64,000 bases of DNA. Origin: Eledone cirrhosa (Eukaryota). Both the position numbers and the translations under genes were made by a program. Shown in pieces: positions 1 to 11,213 of this stretch (positions within the stretch are counted from its first letter, which is position 1; each line of letters starts with the position of its first letter). The stretch covers positions 63,364,001 through 63,428,000 of the forward strand of contig OZ024745.1 in the NCBI GenBank assembly GCA_964016885.1, given 5' to 3'. The notes beneath the pieces are model-generated. The model was not told where the DNA came from. It ran no database searches and saw nothing but the letters and a program-made list of their open reading frames with translations.

Positions 1-11
1 TTTATTACCAT

Positions 12-75
<64 letters not shown>

Positions 76-122
76 AATGAATAATAACAGGTAGACATCA
101 TAAAAAGGTAATTTATTCCGTG

Positions 123-234
123 TGCTTACAAATGTTTCCACGGTGGTACTACAGCGTAGTTATGCTATGTGCAAATTTACAAGAATTTGCAGAACTCAAA
201 TATCCAATGCTGTGACCACTGTATCCTCAGAGCA
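123..234 (-). ncRNA. Type I hammerhead ribozyme with 85-nt extended stem II
   Basis: Minus strand: UGCU-CUGAGGA-[UACAGUGGU..ACAGC...GCUGU..ACCACCGUG]-GAAAC-AUUU-GUA-AGCA. Stem I is 4 bp, with a GUA cleavage triplet and AATAAA just downstream. Confidence 0.75.
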
Positions 235-733
235 GAATGGTAAAATGTACAATGTAAATACCCTTAAGTGGGGTTGTTGGGGAAGATAGAGTAGAAAAGG
301 AAGAGAGAAAAGTAGGGGAGAGGGAGAGAGAGAGAAAGATATGCAGAGGTTGGAGAAGTAGGAGAGAGTGGTTTGTAGATATCTTAATCAAAATGTTATG
401 GTAGGGGTTTTATTATACTGGTTACTTTTGGAGAGATGCGTTGATAGTTAAGGTCGGAATTATTTATTGCCCCAGAGGGCAGGTTCATAGATGTGGAGAG
501 GGAGGTAGGCCAAAGGCGAGAGAGAGAGAGAGTGTAATGGATGTAGAGAGAGAGGTAGAGAGGGGACAGACGAAGTTTATGTGGTGAGTGAACTTTGGGT
601 TTGTAGTAGTAATCTGTGAATTGCACTGAGTTACCATTTATAGTGATAAGCAGTGTATTGTCTTGTAGTGTGTAGTGTGGGAGAAGAGAGGGTGGTTAGC
701 TAGAAAGCGATGTTATAGTTACGGGTTCGAATG

Positions 734-2826
734 TTAAGTTATTTTATAGTGAGAGAATTTAGCTTTTAGTTTGTGGTTGCAGTATAATGATCGTTCAATT
801 CTATCGTTAAGTAGTTTGTTTTTGGATTTTAATATGTAAAAGAGTTCAAGGTTACATAACCTGCAGTATTTCAATCCACTCCGATATGCACTTGCGCTGG
901 AAAGTATATCCCATTTTAAGGTGAACTGTTGGTTGCGTTCACGGAGTTGCCAGGTTTTGTTGGCGAGCGTGGTCACAAAACGGTGATTAGGATGTTTGAT
1001 TGAGAATCGATGACGGTACCAGCGAGATTTAAACGAGGTGGTGGTAGATCCGATATAATACCATTTCTGGTCGTTCGATTCAACCGTGCATTGGTAAACA
1101 ATGTTGGACTTTAGGCATTCATTTTTCAATGGACATCTTTCAGGTAGATGGCAGTTACATTCTTTGTTGTGGGTAGCGGGTATACCATGGATAGGTTGTG
1201 ATAGCGGTACAGGTGGATTGTGTAATACCCGTCTCCCATTTAGTGGTTGGGAGGCAGATATTACGTTCTGCCCATCTGTTACTAAAATGTTTTGTTTTGT
1301 AGAGTTGTTTAATTGCCTTAAGTTAAGTTCTTTTATGTATGCTTCAAGGTTTGGTGCCGTGGAGTATGATAGTCTAATAGTTTTAGAGTTCAGAATTTTG
1401 CTGTATTTATGGGAACTAGGGAAATGTTTGTTGATTAACTTAAATAATGAAAGAGATAGTTTTGTACTAATCGAGGCATTAAAAATAGGATTGTACCAGA
1501 TATACTTTCTACAACGTGATTTATTTAGTGGTGATTTTCTATTATTAGTATGTCTGGTAGTACTGTGTGTGTGCGCTTGTATTTTAGTCCCCCGGTTACG
1601 TATTCCTTGATTTCGTGTAGAGCTATGTATGTTATGGAAATTCCTATCAATGTATTCTATTGTATCCCGGCGGTCGGTCTTGCTTAATGCATTATTGTAG
1701 TATTCAGCGTGTTCACTAAAAATATCAGAGTTAGACGATAGGCGAGAGATTCTAAGAGAAATACTCCGGGGAACTGATTTGATCATGGAGAGTGGGTGGT
1801 TTGAGTTAAAGTTAATATACGTAAGGTTCTCATTCATCTTGTGGAAGGGTCGTATCTGTCCGGTATTTAAATTAAGAGTTACGTCCAGAAAGTTTACTAC
1901 TTTAAGATTGTATTCGTATGTTATTTTTAGACCCAGTTCACTAAATGATTTTCTAATATTTTTCCGTAGCCTTTCAAGATTTTGGTTATTCAAGTTATTA
2001 ACTAATAAGAGCCCGTCAACTCTGTATATCCCCCCCCCCCCTGTAGATTACTAAATTTACTATGTAATATGTGGGCTATGTAAATTCCCACGAGATCCGT
2101 GACCTCCGCGGAGTCGTTGGAACCCATGGTAATGTCGAAATTTGTGGGTCTGTTCTTACGTTCCCAGTAGCAGTTATCAAACTTAATAATGGTTTTTCTA
2201 GCCTCGAGAATAATATTAATTTCGTCCTCCGTTAGGTCGGAATTGACCCTAGCAAACGATAGAGCCTTACGTAAAGTGCTTGGTGAGATGGAAGAGTAGT
2301 ATTCGTCTATATCAAATTGTATAAACTTAGATTTATTCTTATTCTTAACGTTATTAAACCAGCGAATTGCTTCGCTAGTGTTGCCCCATAATTTAATTTC
2401 AATTTTCTTTTTCACTTGAGTTATTACTCTGTCAAGTATGTGTTTGCTAATTTTTCCTATGTCTGATTTAGAAGGGCATATAAGTCTAATCTTAGGGTTA
2501 GAGTCAAAATTTACCTTATGGTCCTTCAGGTTGAAGGTGGGGGTAGCGGGTATAATCGGCTCGGTTCTATCGTCTATCTTGAGATTCTTCACCACTTTAT
2601 ATGCTTCGTTGTTAATATTTGGTAGCGTAGTTTCATTTGTTTTTCTATATTTTTTGTGTAGTTCGTTGCGTATGAAGTTATTGTACGTATCGATATCCAT
2701 GGCATACACGTTAGAGGTCTTGTCAGCTTTCACAACAATTCCATTGGTATTTTTCAATCTTCGGAGTAGTGCTTTCATGTTGCTCTGCAGCTCATTATTT
2801 CTATGTTTGTTGAACTTCATGTTCAT
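734..2826 (-). pseudogene. PLE reverse transcriptase-GIY-YIG endonuclease, frameshifted
   Basis: 2002-2826: FIQFDIDEYYSSI and FDITMGSNDSAEVTDLVG. Frameshift at the C-run 2030-2041; the catalytic motif reads GIYRVDGL (YRDD mutated). 734-1993: VNFLDVTL, SNHP, IVYQC..YIGSTTTSFKSRWYRH, CRLCNLE. Confidence 0.9.
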
Positions 2827-2846
2827 GGTCGTGGGTAATCCTATAC

Positions 2847-2901
<55 letters not shown>

Positions 2902-3089
2902 ATAATAATAAAATTGAAGACTAAAATCCAGAGAGGGCTCGATAAGGAAAAATGAAATAATATATGTTTAAATACAATGAATATATGAAAGCCTCATCAT
3001 GAGAAAAAAATATTTTCACTATGAAACATTATTTCTCTATCTGGAAATCAGTCAAAGTATCAAATATATGTCAGTAGCGTTGAGAATAC

Positions 3090-3130
3090 CAGGCAGTTGT
3101 TTAAAGATTCGTTAATCTCTCATCAGTGAC
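3090..3130 (-). ncRNA. Degenerate hammerhead motif in a solo PLE terminus (~2900-3135)
   Basis: Minus: GUCA-CUGAUGA-GAGAUU-AACG-AAUCUU-UAAAC-AACU-GCC. GAAA and the triplet are mutated. Confidence 0.45.
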
Positions 3131-3248
3131 ATTGAGGTTAAAACAGGTTTTGTGTGTGTGTGTATGCTTATGAATTAAAAAAATATGCAAATATGGGGTG
3201 TGTGCGTATGTATGTGTATAAATGTATGCATATATTTATATATGTATG

Positions 3249-3305
<57 letters not shown>

Positions 3306-3738
3306 CACATATATATATATATATATTCATAAACATATACTCTTACAGCTGATACAGACCAACAAAATACGCACACTCTACTTTTCCCTTCACAACTTTG
3401 TATACACAAAAACACACTCTTTTACTTACATATACACACACATATCCTCTTAGCTTCGTACGGACGTATATTAACACACACACACACACACATACACTCC
3501 CAGTTGCAAACCACATACGGATATATACATATATAAAGAGAGTGTGTAAAGAGCCCTTTTGCCTTCACTTATTCAAATGGTTCCATAGAAGACATATTTA
3601 CTCATTAAATCCGAATGTTGTTTTGGCTAGAGGTGGACCTACACATGTTAGCTTTTCACACACGATTTGTCTTATGATTGTTTGATCCTGCAATCATATA
3701 TTTTATTCTGTTTTATACAGAAGGAAATTCATTCATAC

Positions 3739-3795
<57 letters not shown>

Positions 3796-3881
3796 GAAAA
3801 ATTTGAACAGGGACAGAACAGAGAGGCAGTACAATAAATGTTTATTAAATTCACGCTCAGGAGAGTGGGGGGTAGGTGGGG

Positions 3882-3916
3882 GACGACGTTTCGGGCATAA
3901 GCCCTTCCTCAGGTGA
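3882..3916 (-). ncRNA. Minimal hammerhead ribozyme at the PLE2 3' end
   Basis: Minus: CAC-CUGAGGA-A-GGGC-UUAU-GCCC-GAAAC-GUC-GU. Palindromic loop-less stem III (ACGU), typical of PLE minimal/dimeric hammerheads. Confidence 0.8.
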
Positions 3917-5261
3917 GAAGTGTGTGGGAACAGAGTTCAAAAGGTGTGTAGGGGAGTGGTGGAGAGACATATAGCGAAAGGAAACGGTGCGAATGAAAAA
4001 TTAACAAATAAAGACAAAAAATATAAAAAATAAAAATAAAGCATGATCAAAATACAAGGAATGAGAAAATTTAAAAATAAAGGCATGATCAAAATAAACT
4101 GAAATTAAAAAGGGGGTAAACAGGTGGTGGCGGGTGGAGTGGGGAGAGGGAGACGGGGTGTCCGAGCGGGGAGGGATGAAGGTGGTGTGTGTGTGTAGGT
4201 GTGCGTGAGTGTGTGTGTGTGTGTATGTGAAAGTGAGGGTTGGGGGAAGAACGGGGTTGCATGTTCAGGAAGAGGTGTGTGTGGGGGGTGTTTTTGTGGG
4301 TCGGAGTGTCTGACGTGTGTGGATAGGGGGGCGGGGGGAGAGGAATCAGGAGGCTGAGGGTGTAAATATGTGGTGGGAAGCACGTGTGTGTGGGGTTTAA
4401 GCGTGTTGTGGGTGTGGGTGGCGTGTGGAGAAAAAAAATGTTGGGGGGTGTGTGTGTGGGTGAGTTATATAGGTGATGATGTAAGAGGATAATTGAAAAG
4501 TTGGTAAGTTGCAAGGATGTTTGGAGATTTGGTTATAAGTCAATTTCTGCGTGTGGGTAATCCATGAACCGGTGGTCGGAAGAGGAGAGATGTGGGGTGC
4601 GCGCGCAACAGGAAGTGGTCAGCAGTGGGAGTGCTGTGGTCAGTTGGTGCTGGGAGGTGGTCAGAAGGGCATAGCAGCAGTCGGTGGAATGGTAGGGAGG
4701 CGAGGATGGGTAGGTGTGAGAGTTGGAGTGAGGAGGGTGTGTGTGTGTGTGTGTGTGTATTAGTAGGGGTGTTAGTGGGATGAGTGAGTGTGGAGCGGGG
4801 GTGTGGGTGGAGCGGGGAGAGAAGGGTGTGTGTGGTTCTATGGAGGGAGTGTGGTGTACTGGTGTGTGTGTAGTTTGGTGAAGAGGTGTTAGTGGGTGTT
4901 AGTATACGGGAGGTGGGGAGGGGTGGAATGCAGGTGTGAGTGGGGGTTAGTGGTGGTAGGGTGTGTAGAGTTGGTGGTGTACGAGGGTGTGTGGGTACGT
5001 GTGCGTGGGGTTGGGGGGTGTTAGTGATGTTAGTTGCGTGTGGGGTGGGTGGTGTTAGTGGGTGCGTGTGTGCGTGTGATAAGGAGGGGGGAGGAGGAGG
5101 AGAGGGGAGGGAAGGGATGTTAGTATGTTAGTTGGGGAAGGGTGGTCAGATGAGGGGTGGAGTGGAGGTGTTAGTATTGTTAGTGTGGGGTGGGCGGTGT
5201 AAAGGAGGTGTGTGTTAGTAGTGTTAGTGGGGGATAAGTGTGGGGGGAGGGGGCGGTCGAA

Positions 5262-8059
5262 CGCTAAAGGAATAAGGGTGGGGAGTTCAGGCCGGGGGGA
5301 GTGTGGGTCTGTAAGATGAAGATAGTTCGTTGTTCGACCGTAAGGCGATGGGCGGGTGTTCCGTGGCACTGGAGTAGGCCACAGACTGTGAGATGGCGTG
5401 CGGAGTGTCCAGGGCCACCAAAGTGGCGGGCAATGGGGGAACTGCCCCCGAGACGAATATCCCGGAGGTGCTCCGTGACTCGGTCCGCCAGGCGACGTCC
5501 CGTCTGTCCGACATAAGTCGTAGACTAGGTTGGAGGATGTGCAGCGGAAGGCATGCTGGACCGAGAGAGAGTGGCCGTTGGGACCCTGAAAGGTGGTGGT
5601 GTTGGTGATGTGGGGACAGGTGTTGCAGCGGGGCCTAGAACAGGGGAAGGAACCGGGGGGGGGGGAACAGAGCGTGGGTTGGGGGTAGGGAGCTGTGGAC
5701 GAGGAGGGTGCGGAGATTGCGTGCGCGTTTGAAGGAGGGGAGTGGTGGGGTTGGGAAGATGTGGGAGGTGGAGGGGTCGGACTGGAGGCGTCGGAAGAGT
5801 GGGCGGATGGTGCGGTGGAGGGGTAAGGTGGAGGGGTGGTAGGTGATGGGGAAGGGGAGACGGTGGGTGGGTGTGCGGTGGCGTGGGGTGAGGGTGGTGG
5901 AGCGGGGGATAGCACGGGCGCGGGTGAGAGCGGTGTAGACGAGAGAGAGGGGGGGGGGGGGGGGGGGTAACCTCTGCGGATGAAATGGCTGACTAGGGAA
6001 AGGGCCTGGGACTCGAAGTCAGCATCACGGCTACAGAGGCGGCGGTTCCTGAGAAGTTGGGAGTAGGGAATGGAGAGTTTAGTGTGGGTGGGGTGGGAAG
6101 AGGTGAAGTCGAGGTAAGAGTGGGAGTCGGTGGGTTTGAAGAAGGCGGAGGTGACGAGGGAGTGGTGGGAGGGGTCGAAGGCGACGGAGATGTCTAAGAA
6201 GTGGACGTGGGTGGTGGAGATAGAGGTGGTGAAGTGGAGGGAGGGGTGGAAGGAGCAGAAGAAGGAGAGAAAGGAGTCGAGCTGTTCTCGGGTGAGGGTC
6301 GTGGCTCCGATACAGTCGTCAATGTAACGACCGTACAGTTCGGGCGTGGGGCCGGTGTACTGGGCAAAGATTTGGGCCTCAACATGGCCAACAAAAAGGT
6401 TGGCATAGTTCGGGCCCATTCTTATGCCCATGGCTATCCCCGTGACCTGTTGGTAAAACTCACCCGAGAAGGAGAAACAATTTAGGGTGAGGCCCAGCTC
6501 GGCGAGGCGAAGGAGGGTGGGGGTGGAGGGAATAGGGGAGGGGCGAAGGTCGAGGTAGTGTTTGAGGGCGCGAAGGCCGTTGGCGTGGGGGATATAGAGG
6601 GACTTGATGTCTAGGGTGAAGAGGAATGGCTGTGGGCCGGGTAGGTAGGTGAAGGAGTCGAAAAGGCGCAGGGCGTGGTTGGTGTCGGAGATGTGGGAGG
6701 GGAGGGTGGTGACAAGGGGGGCGAGGAGGGAGTCGAGAAAGGCGGAGATGAGTTCGGTGGGGCAGTTGCAAGCGGAGACGATGGGGCGGCCGGGGTTGTC
6801 GGGTTTGTGGAGTTTGGGGAGGAAGTAGATGGTGCGGGTGCGGGGGGTGCGGACGATGAGGTGGGAACTGGTGGGGGGAGGAGGGAGGAGGCGATAAGGT
6901 CTTTGATGGTGGAGGAGACTTGTTGTTGGTAGAGGGGGTGGGATCGGAGGGTAGAGGGCGGTAAAAGAGGGGGTTACAGAGCTGCCTGAGGGCTTCGGCC
7001 GTGTAGAGGTCCGCGCGCCATACCACCACGGCGCCTCCCTTGTCCGCCGGTTTGATGACGATGTCATCTCGGCTACGGAGGGAGCGGAGAGCGAGGAGTT
7101 CGCCCCGTGAGATATTGTTGACGTTTGGAACGGTGGCGGAAGTCTAAACGATTTACTGCGCTACGGCTGGCATCGACGAAGGCGTCCAGGGTGCTAAATT
7201 GCCCTGGGGCCGGCGTCCAAGAAGATGGTTGTCGGCCCAGGGCGAGAAACGGGTCTGGGGCGTCCGGAGCCGGTGGCGTTCGGCTGAAATGTGCCTGTAG
7301 CTTAGTGCGTCGCACGAATCGCTCGACTTCCGTTCGGGTGCGGAACTCGTCGCTGTGCGGAGTGTGGGGTATGAAGCGAAGGCCTCTACTAAGGAGTGAG
7401 CGCTCAGGTGCGGAGAGGGGGAGGTCAGGGGGTATGGTGACAACAAGGGGTGGGGTTTGGGTGTTTGAGGAGGGAAGGGAGGGTGTGGTGAGGGGTGAGG
7501 TGGAGGGTGGAGAATGGGTAGGGGTGTGGGTCGGGGGAGAGGTGGAGAGTGGTGGGCGTATGGGGATGGGCGGGTGGTGGTGGATGGGGAGGTGGGGGAG
7601 AGGAGTGAGTGTAGCTTGCGGGCTTTGGTGGAGCTGAGGAACGAGAAGAGGTTGTGGTTGAGGTTGTGGATGAAGGAGAGGATGGCTTGGGCGAGGAGGG
7701 GGTGGCAGGTGGAGTAAAGGCGGAGGAGGGTGGGGGTCAGTTGGTGGTCAAGTAGGCGGAGGGTGGAACGGGAGGCGCGGATGGAGTTGCGCATCAGAAG
7801 GCGTGAGGATCGGGTGAGGATACGTTGCGTGGACGGGGAAGCAGCGGGGGAGGGGTGGAAGTGTAGACGGAAGCCGAGGGGGATAAGGTGGAGGCGGAGG
7901 CAGTGGCTGAGGAAATGGATGTGGCTGGAGAGCCGGGTTTTGGCGAAGAGAAGGTAGGAGAGTTGAAGGGCGGAGGGGAGAGAGCAGGGTGGCAGGAGGG
8001 GGGGGGGAAAGTTTGAGGCGATTGTGGAGTTGGTGGAGAAAGGATCTCAGGTTGGGCAT
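5262..8059 (-). pseudogene. PLE RT-GIY-YIG polyprotein, several frameshifts
   Basis: KPADKGGAVVVW, YFLPKLHKPDNPGRPIVS, LFTLDIKSLY, GIAMGIRMGPNYANLF, GRYIDD, HFLDI, KPTDSHSYL, CSRPRCNTC linker, NLVY. YVGQTGRRLADRVTEH and GLN lie in a shifted frame. Confidence 0.9.
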
Positions 8060-9071
8060 GATGGGCGTTGGGTGAAAGCAAGGGGGGGATGAGAGGGCAG
8101 GAGTGTGAAGCGGGGTGGAGTGAACGAAGGGGTGAGTGCGAAGGATAGGCAGAGACGGGGAAGGGAAAAAGAAACAGAAAAACGTAGGGAGGGGGGAGTA
8201 AACACAGGAAAATTAAAGACAAAAAATCATAAAGGTAAAAACACAGGCAACCGTGAACAAAAAATCATAGAAATACAATTGTAGGAACACAGGCAAAGAA
8301 TCTTATACGGAAAAAAAGGTACGGTAACAAAATCAAACAGAGGTAATGCGTGGAAGGAAAGACCAAGTGTGGGAAGGTGTGTAAAGTTCGGAGAAAGGTC
8401 ACGGCGGATTAGATCGGGGTTGAGCCGGTTGACACAAACGGTATTGTAAATAATAATAATAAAACAAGCTTCATTAAAAAGGAAAATCATTGTGATAAAA
8501 ATGATAATGGTAACATTAGCAACATCATTATAATCAGCGTGTTTATACATCCCAGTTTGAATACTTATACACGATATTTATACACATATACATGTATACA
8601 TACATAAAAGTTCCTATATATATATCTGAATGTATATAAAACATTTATACATCCCAGTTTCATAGTCCGTAAAACTTTAAATCAGAATACTCACCGAATC
8701 ACTTACACAATGCTATCACACCAAATAAGGTATGTATATAATGTTACAAATTCCAAAACAACCACAAGACGTAATAAGAAAGAAATTAAATATGGCTGTG
8801 TTTGCTCACTGGATTCGCGTACAGTATCCAAACACATAAAAATGCATATATTGCACACAAATATACCGACAGTCATGCACTACCACATTTAGATCTTGTA
8901 ATTGTGCAAAAGCAAATATGTGTGTATGGAGAACCGGAGAGACAGAAAAACAGGCATGCAGGCTGACGAAAGAATAACGTAATAAATTATCTGATACAAA
9001 ATATTCACTCACACACGCATAAATATGTGTGTGTATATATATATATGTGTGTGTGTGTGTACATGTATGTA

Positions 9072-9155
<84 letters not shown>

Positions 9156-9427
9156 GTGTGTGTGTTTGCGTGTGTGTGTGTGTGTGTGTGTGTTATATTA
9201 TATGCTATAATGCATTTCTAAATGGATGATCGATGAAATGATGTTTATGTATATTAATGCACTTCCTTCTATTATAAAAAAAAAAATAGAATACAACGGG
9301 GGGTGGGTATATGATATCACCGATGATATTTTTCCTCTCTATATATTTGTGAGTTTGAATACTTATACACGATATTTATACACATATACATGTATACATA
9401 CATAAAAGTTCCTATATATTTACGTAC

Positions 9428-9516
<89 letters not shown>

Positions 9517-10029
9517 TATATGTAGTGAGTGTGTGTGCTTATATACATACATTGCCTCTATGTGTGTACCTGTGAATGCGTGTTACTTTGTGTGATAGTT
9601 TGTTATATTTATATACAATAGCAGATTGGACTATAGCTGAAATCTTCCACCACTTAGAAATATTCAACTCTAAATATACAGAGTAAAAGGTTTGTGCATA
9701 ATAAGACGAGAATGTTAGACTCTGAATCGGAAGTCTCTTTAAAATGTTCACAATAGACGTCCATAAACTCATCGTATCTAGTGACTTGTGCCGAAGCAAA
9801 TTTGATATCTCTATAGTGAATTTGCTCGCATTAAGTTTATGAATTGTACACAAACGGTATTGTAAATAATAATAATAAAACAAGCTTCATTAAAAAGGAA
9901 AATCATTGTGATAAAAATGATAATGGTAACATTAGCAACATCATTATAATCATAATATTAATAACAATAACGAGGATGATGATAATAATATTTTGTTTCG
10001 TTTTGTAAGGTTTCTCTAGTAATCGTTTG

Positions 10030-10730
10030 CTAGGGGCAGCGTGTTTAGTGTTGCGTGTTATTTGACCTCAAATCAGTCCCTAATCTCAGAAGCTTAATTT
10101 ATCACGTAGGATTCTGGTAGTGCTACCGATGGCAGAAATGTGGGCGCTGCTTATTAAGACGAGTATACCAAGGCTTTTATTGAAATGCGTAAGGCGTCTA
10201 GTGACCTTGCCTAGCGGCTCAACAACGATTGACATGACTTCAGTCATTTCATGGTGATCAGTTCGAATAGCGCCTGTAAGGTCTTCATACCTATTGATCT
10301 CTTCCATTTCCTTTTCAGTCACATTTCGTCTTAACGGATCGCACTACCAATTAGTGTTCATTTTGTGGGCTTGTTTGCATTTACAACAATAACAGGGTGG
10401 TCGTTTTTGTGCTTTTGATCACAAGGTCCCATAATAACTCTACTCACTCACGTGATAGGCAAGATTCAAGCGGCGTATGTTCGTACGACTAATATCACGT
10501 TTCTATGTTGCATTATTTGCAAAACTCCGAATGGGCTGTTTTTGGTATGAGATCTAACTGAACTTTATGACGTTTTTTGGCTAATTGCTCACATCTACTT
10601 GCAATATGTACTAGAAGTAGTTCTGCTTCATGACATACTTTGCAGAATAGGGAACAATTAATTCATTCCACACGCCAGGCGCCCAGTCTCAGTTTTTTTT
10701 TATTGATCCACTACTGCAGATCAGTCAAAG
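10030..10730 (-). mobile_element. R4/Dong-like RLE non-LTR retrotransposon 3' fragment
   Basis: ORF 10086-10322 EKEMEEINRYEDL...SIVVEPLGKV...SAIGSTTRILRDKL matches the RLE C-terminal end. It lies next to a TAA-rich tract. Confidence 0.7.
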
Positions 10731-10739
10731 CGATGAGAT

Positions 10740-11105
10740 GTGGAAAGTCTTCTTACAAACGGTGACCACAACTATTCACTGTTTAGTAATATCTGAATAT
10801 GCCCTAGCCTCAGCACATGTTTGGGCATCATCAGCCACCACATGCCCATCCCTCCACGTAGAAAGTGCTGTTACAGATAGACCACTTCTCCAATGGAAGC
10901 CGTCCCTTCCACAGGAATTTGAAGAACAGGTGCTCCAATTATATGGATGACAGGCGCAATCTACCCGTTCTCCAGCCCCGCCTTACTATTCAGGGATAGC
11001 TTCATTTCGTTCCATTTGTCATTGAAAATGGCCATCCTGGTCGTTACCTCGTCCCAGTTATTATCTACCTGGAAATCTGGTCCACACCATCCCCGGAGAC
11101 TCTTT
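10740..11105 (-). mobile_element. Tx1/L1-clade LINE RT-distal fragment
   Basis: Minus-strand peptides GWCGPDFQVDNNWDEVTTR and LFFKFLWKGRLPL..WSIC, followed by GGMGM-like sequence. Confidence 0.6.
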
Positions 11106-11119
11106 ACAAAATAATAATG

Positions 11120-11213
11120 CAGAAGAAGAAGAAGAAGAAGAAGAAGAAGAAGAAGAAGAAGAAGAAGAAGAAGAAGAAGAAGAAGAAGAAGAAGAAGAAG
11201 AAGAAGAAGAAGA
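11120..11213. repeat. (GAA)n microsatellite
   Basis: About 31 perfect units; source of the poly-K ORF. Confidence 0.98.

Larger units (their letters stand above)
72..2849 (-). mobile_element. Penelope-like retroelement PLE1 (Hydra-type), 5'-truncated, embedded in (TA)n on both sides
   Basis: RT plus C-terminal GIY-YIG ORFs, KADKT motif, CNC-x5-CPL linker, CRLC motif. The 3' UTR has a hammerhead core and AATAAA. (TA)n at 14-71 and 2850-2898. Clade assignment is from recalled motif descriptions. Confidence 0.9.
3793..8431 (-). mobile_element. Penelope-like retroelement PLE2 (Neptune/Naiad-like), near full-length, GC-rich
   Basis: Frameshifted RT-GIY-YIG ORF starting MPNLRSF at 8059. The long low-complexity 3' UTR ends in a hammerhead, AATAAA and (TA)n at 3740-3792. 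Confidence 0.88.

Noticed and set aside
4089-7957. Pro/His-rich and Gly/Val-rich ORFs overlapping PLE2
   Set aside because: Shadow or off-frame ORFs produced by the extreme C/G skew.
734-8059. Selenocysteine-encoding PLE (in-frame UGA plus SECIS, as in some Naiads)
   Set aside because: The ORF breaks are frameshifts (and TAA stops in PLE3). I saw no in-frame UGA at conserved Cys positions and no convincing SECIS.
8960-9005. CTGACGA...GATAC hammerhead-like trace
   Set aside because: GAAA, stem III and stem I are not recoverable; too degenerate to call.
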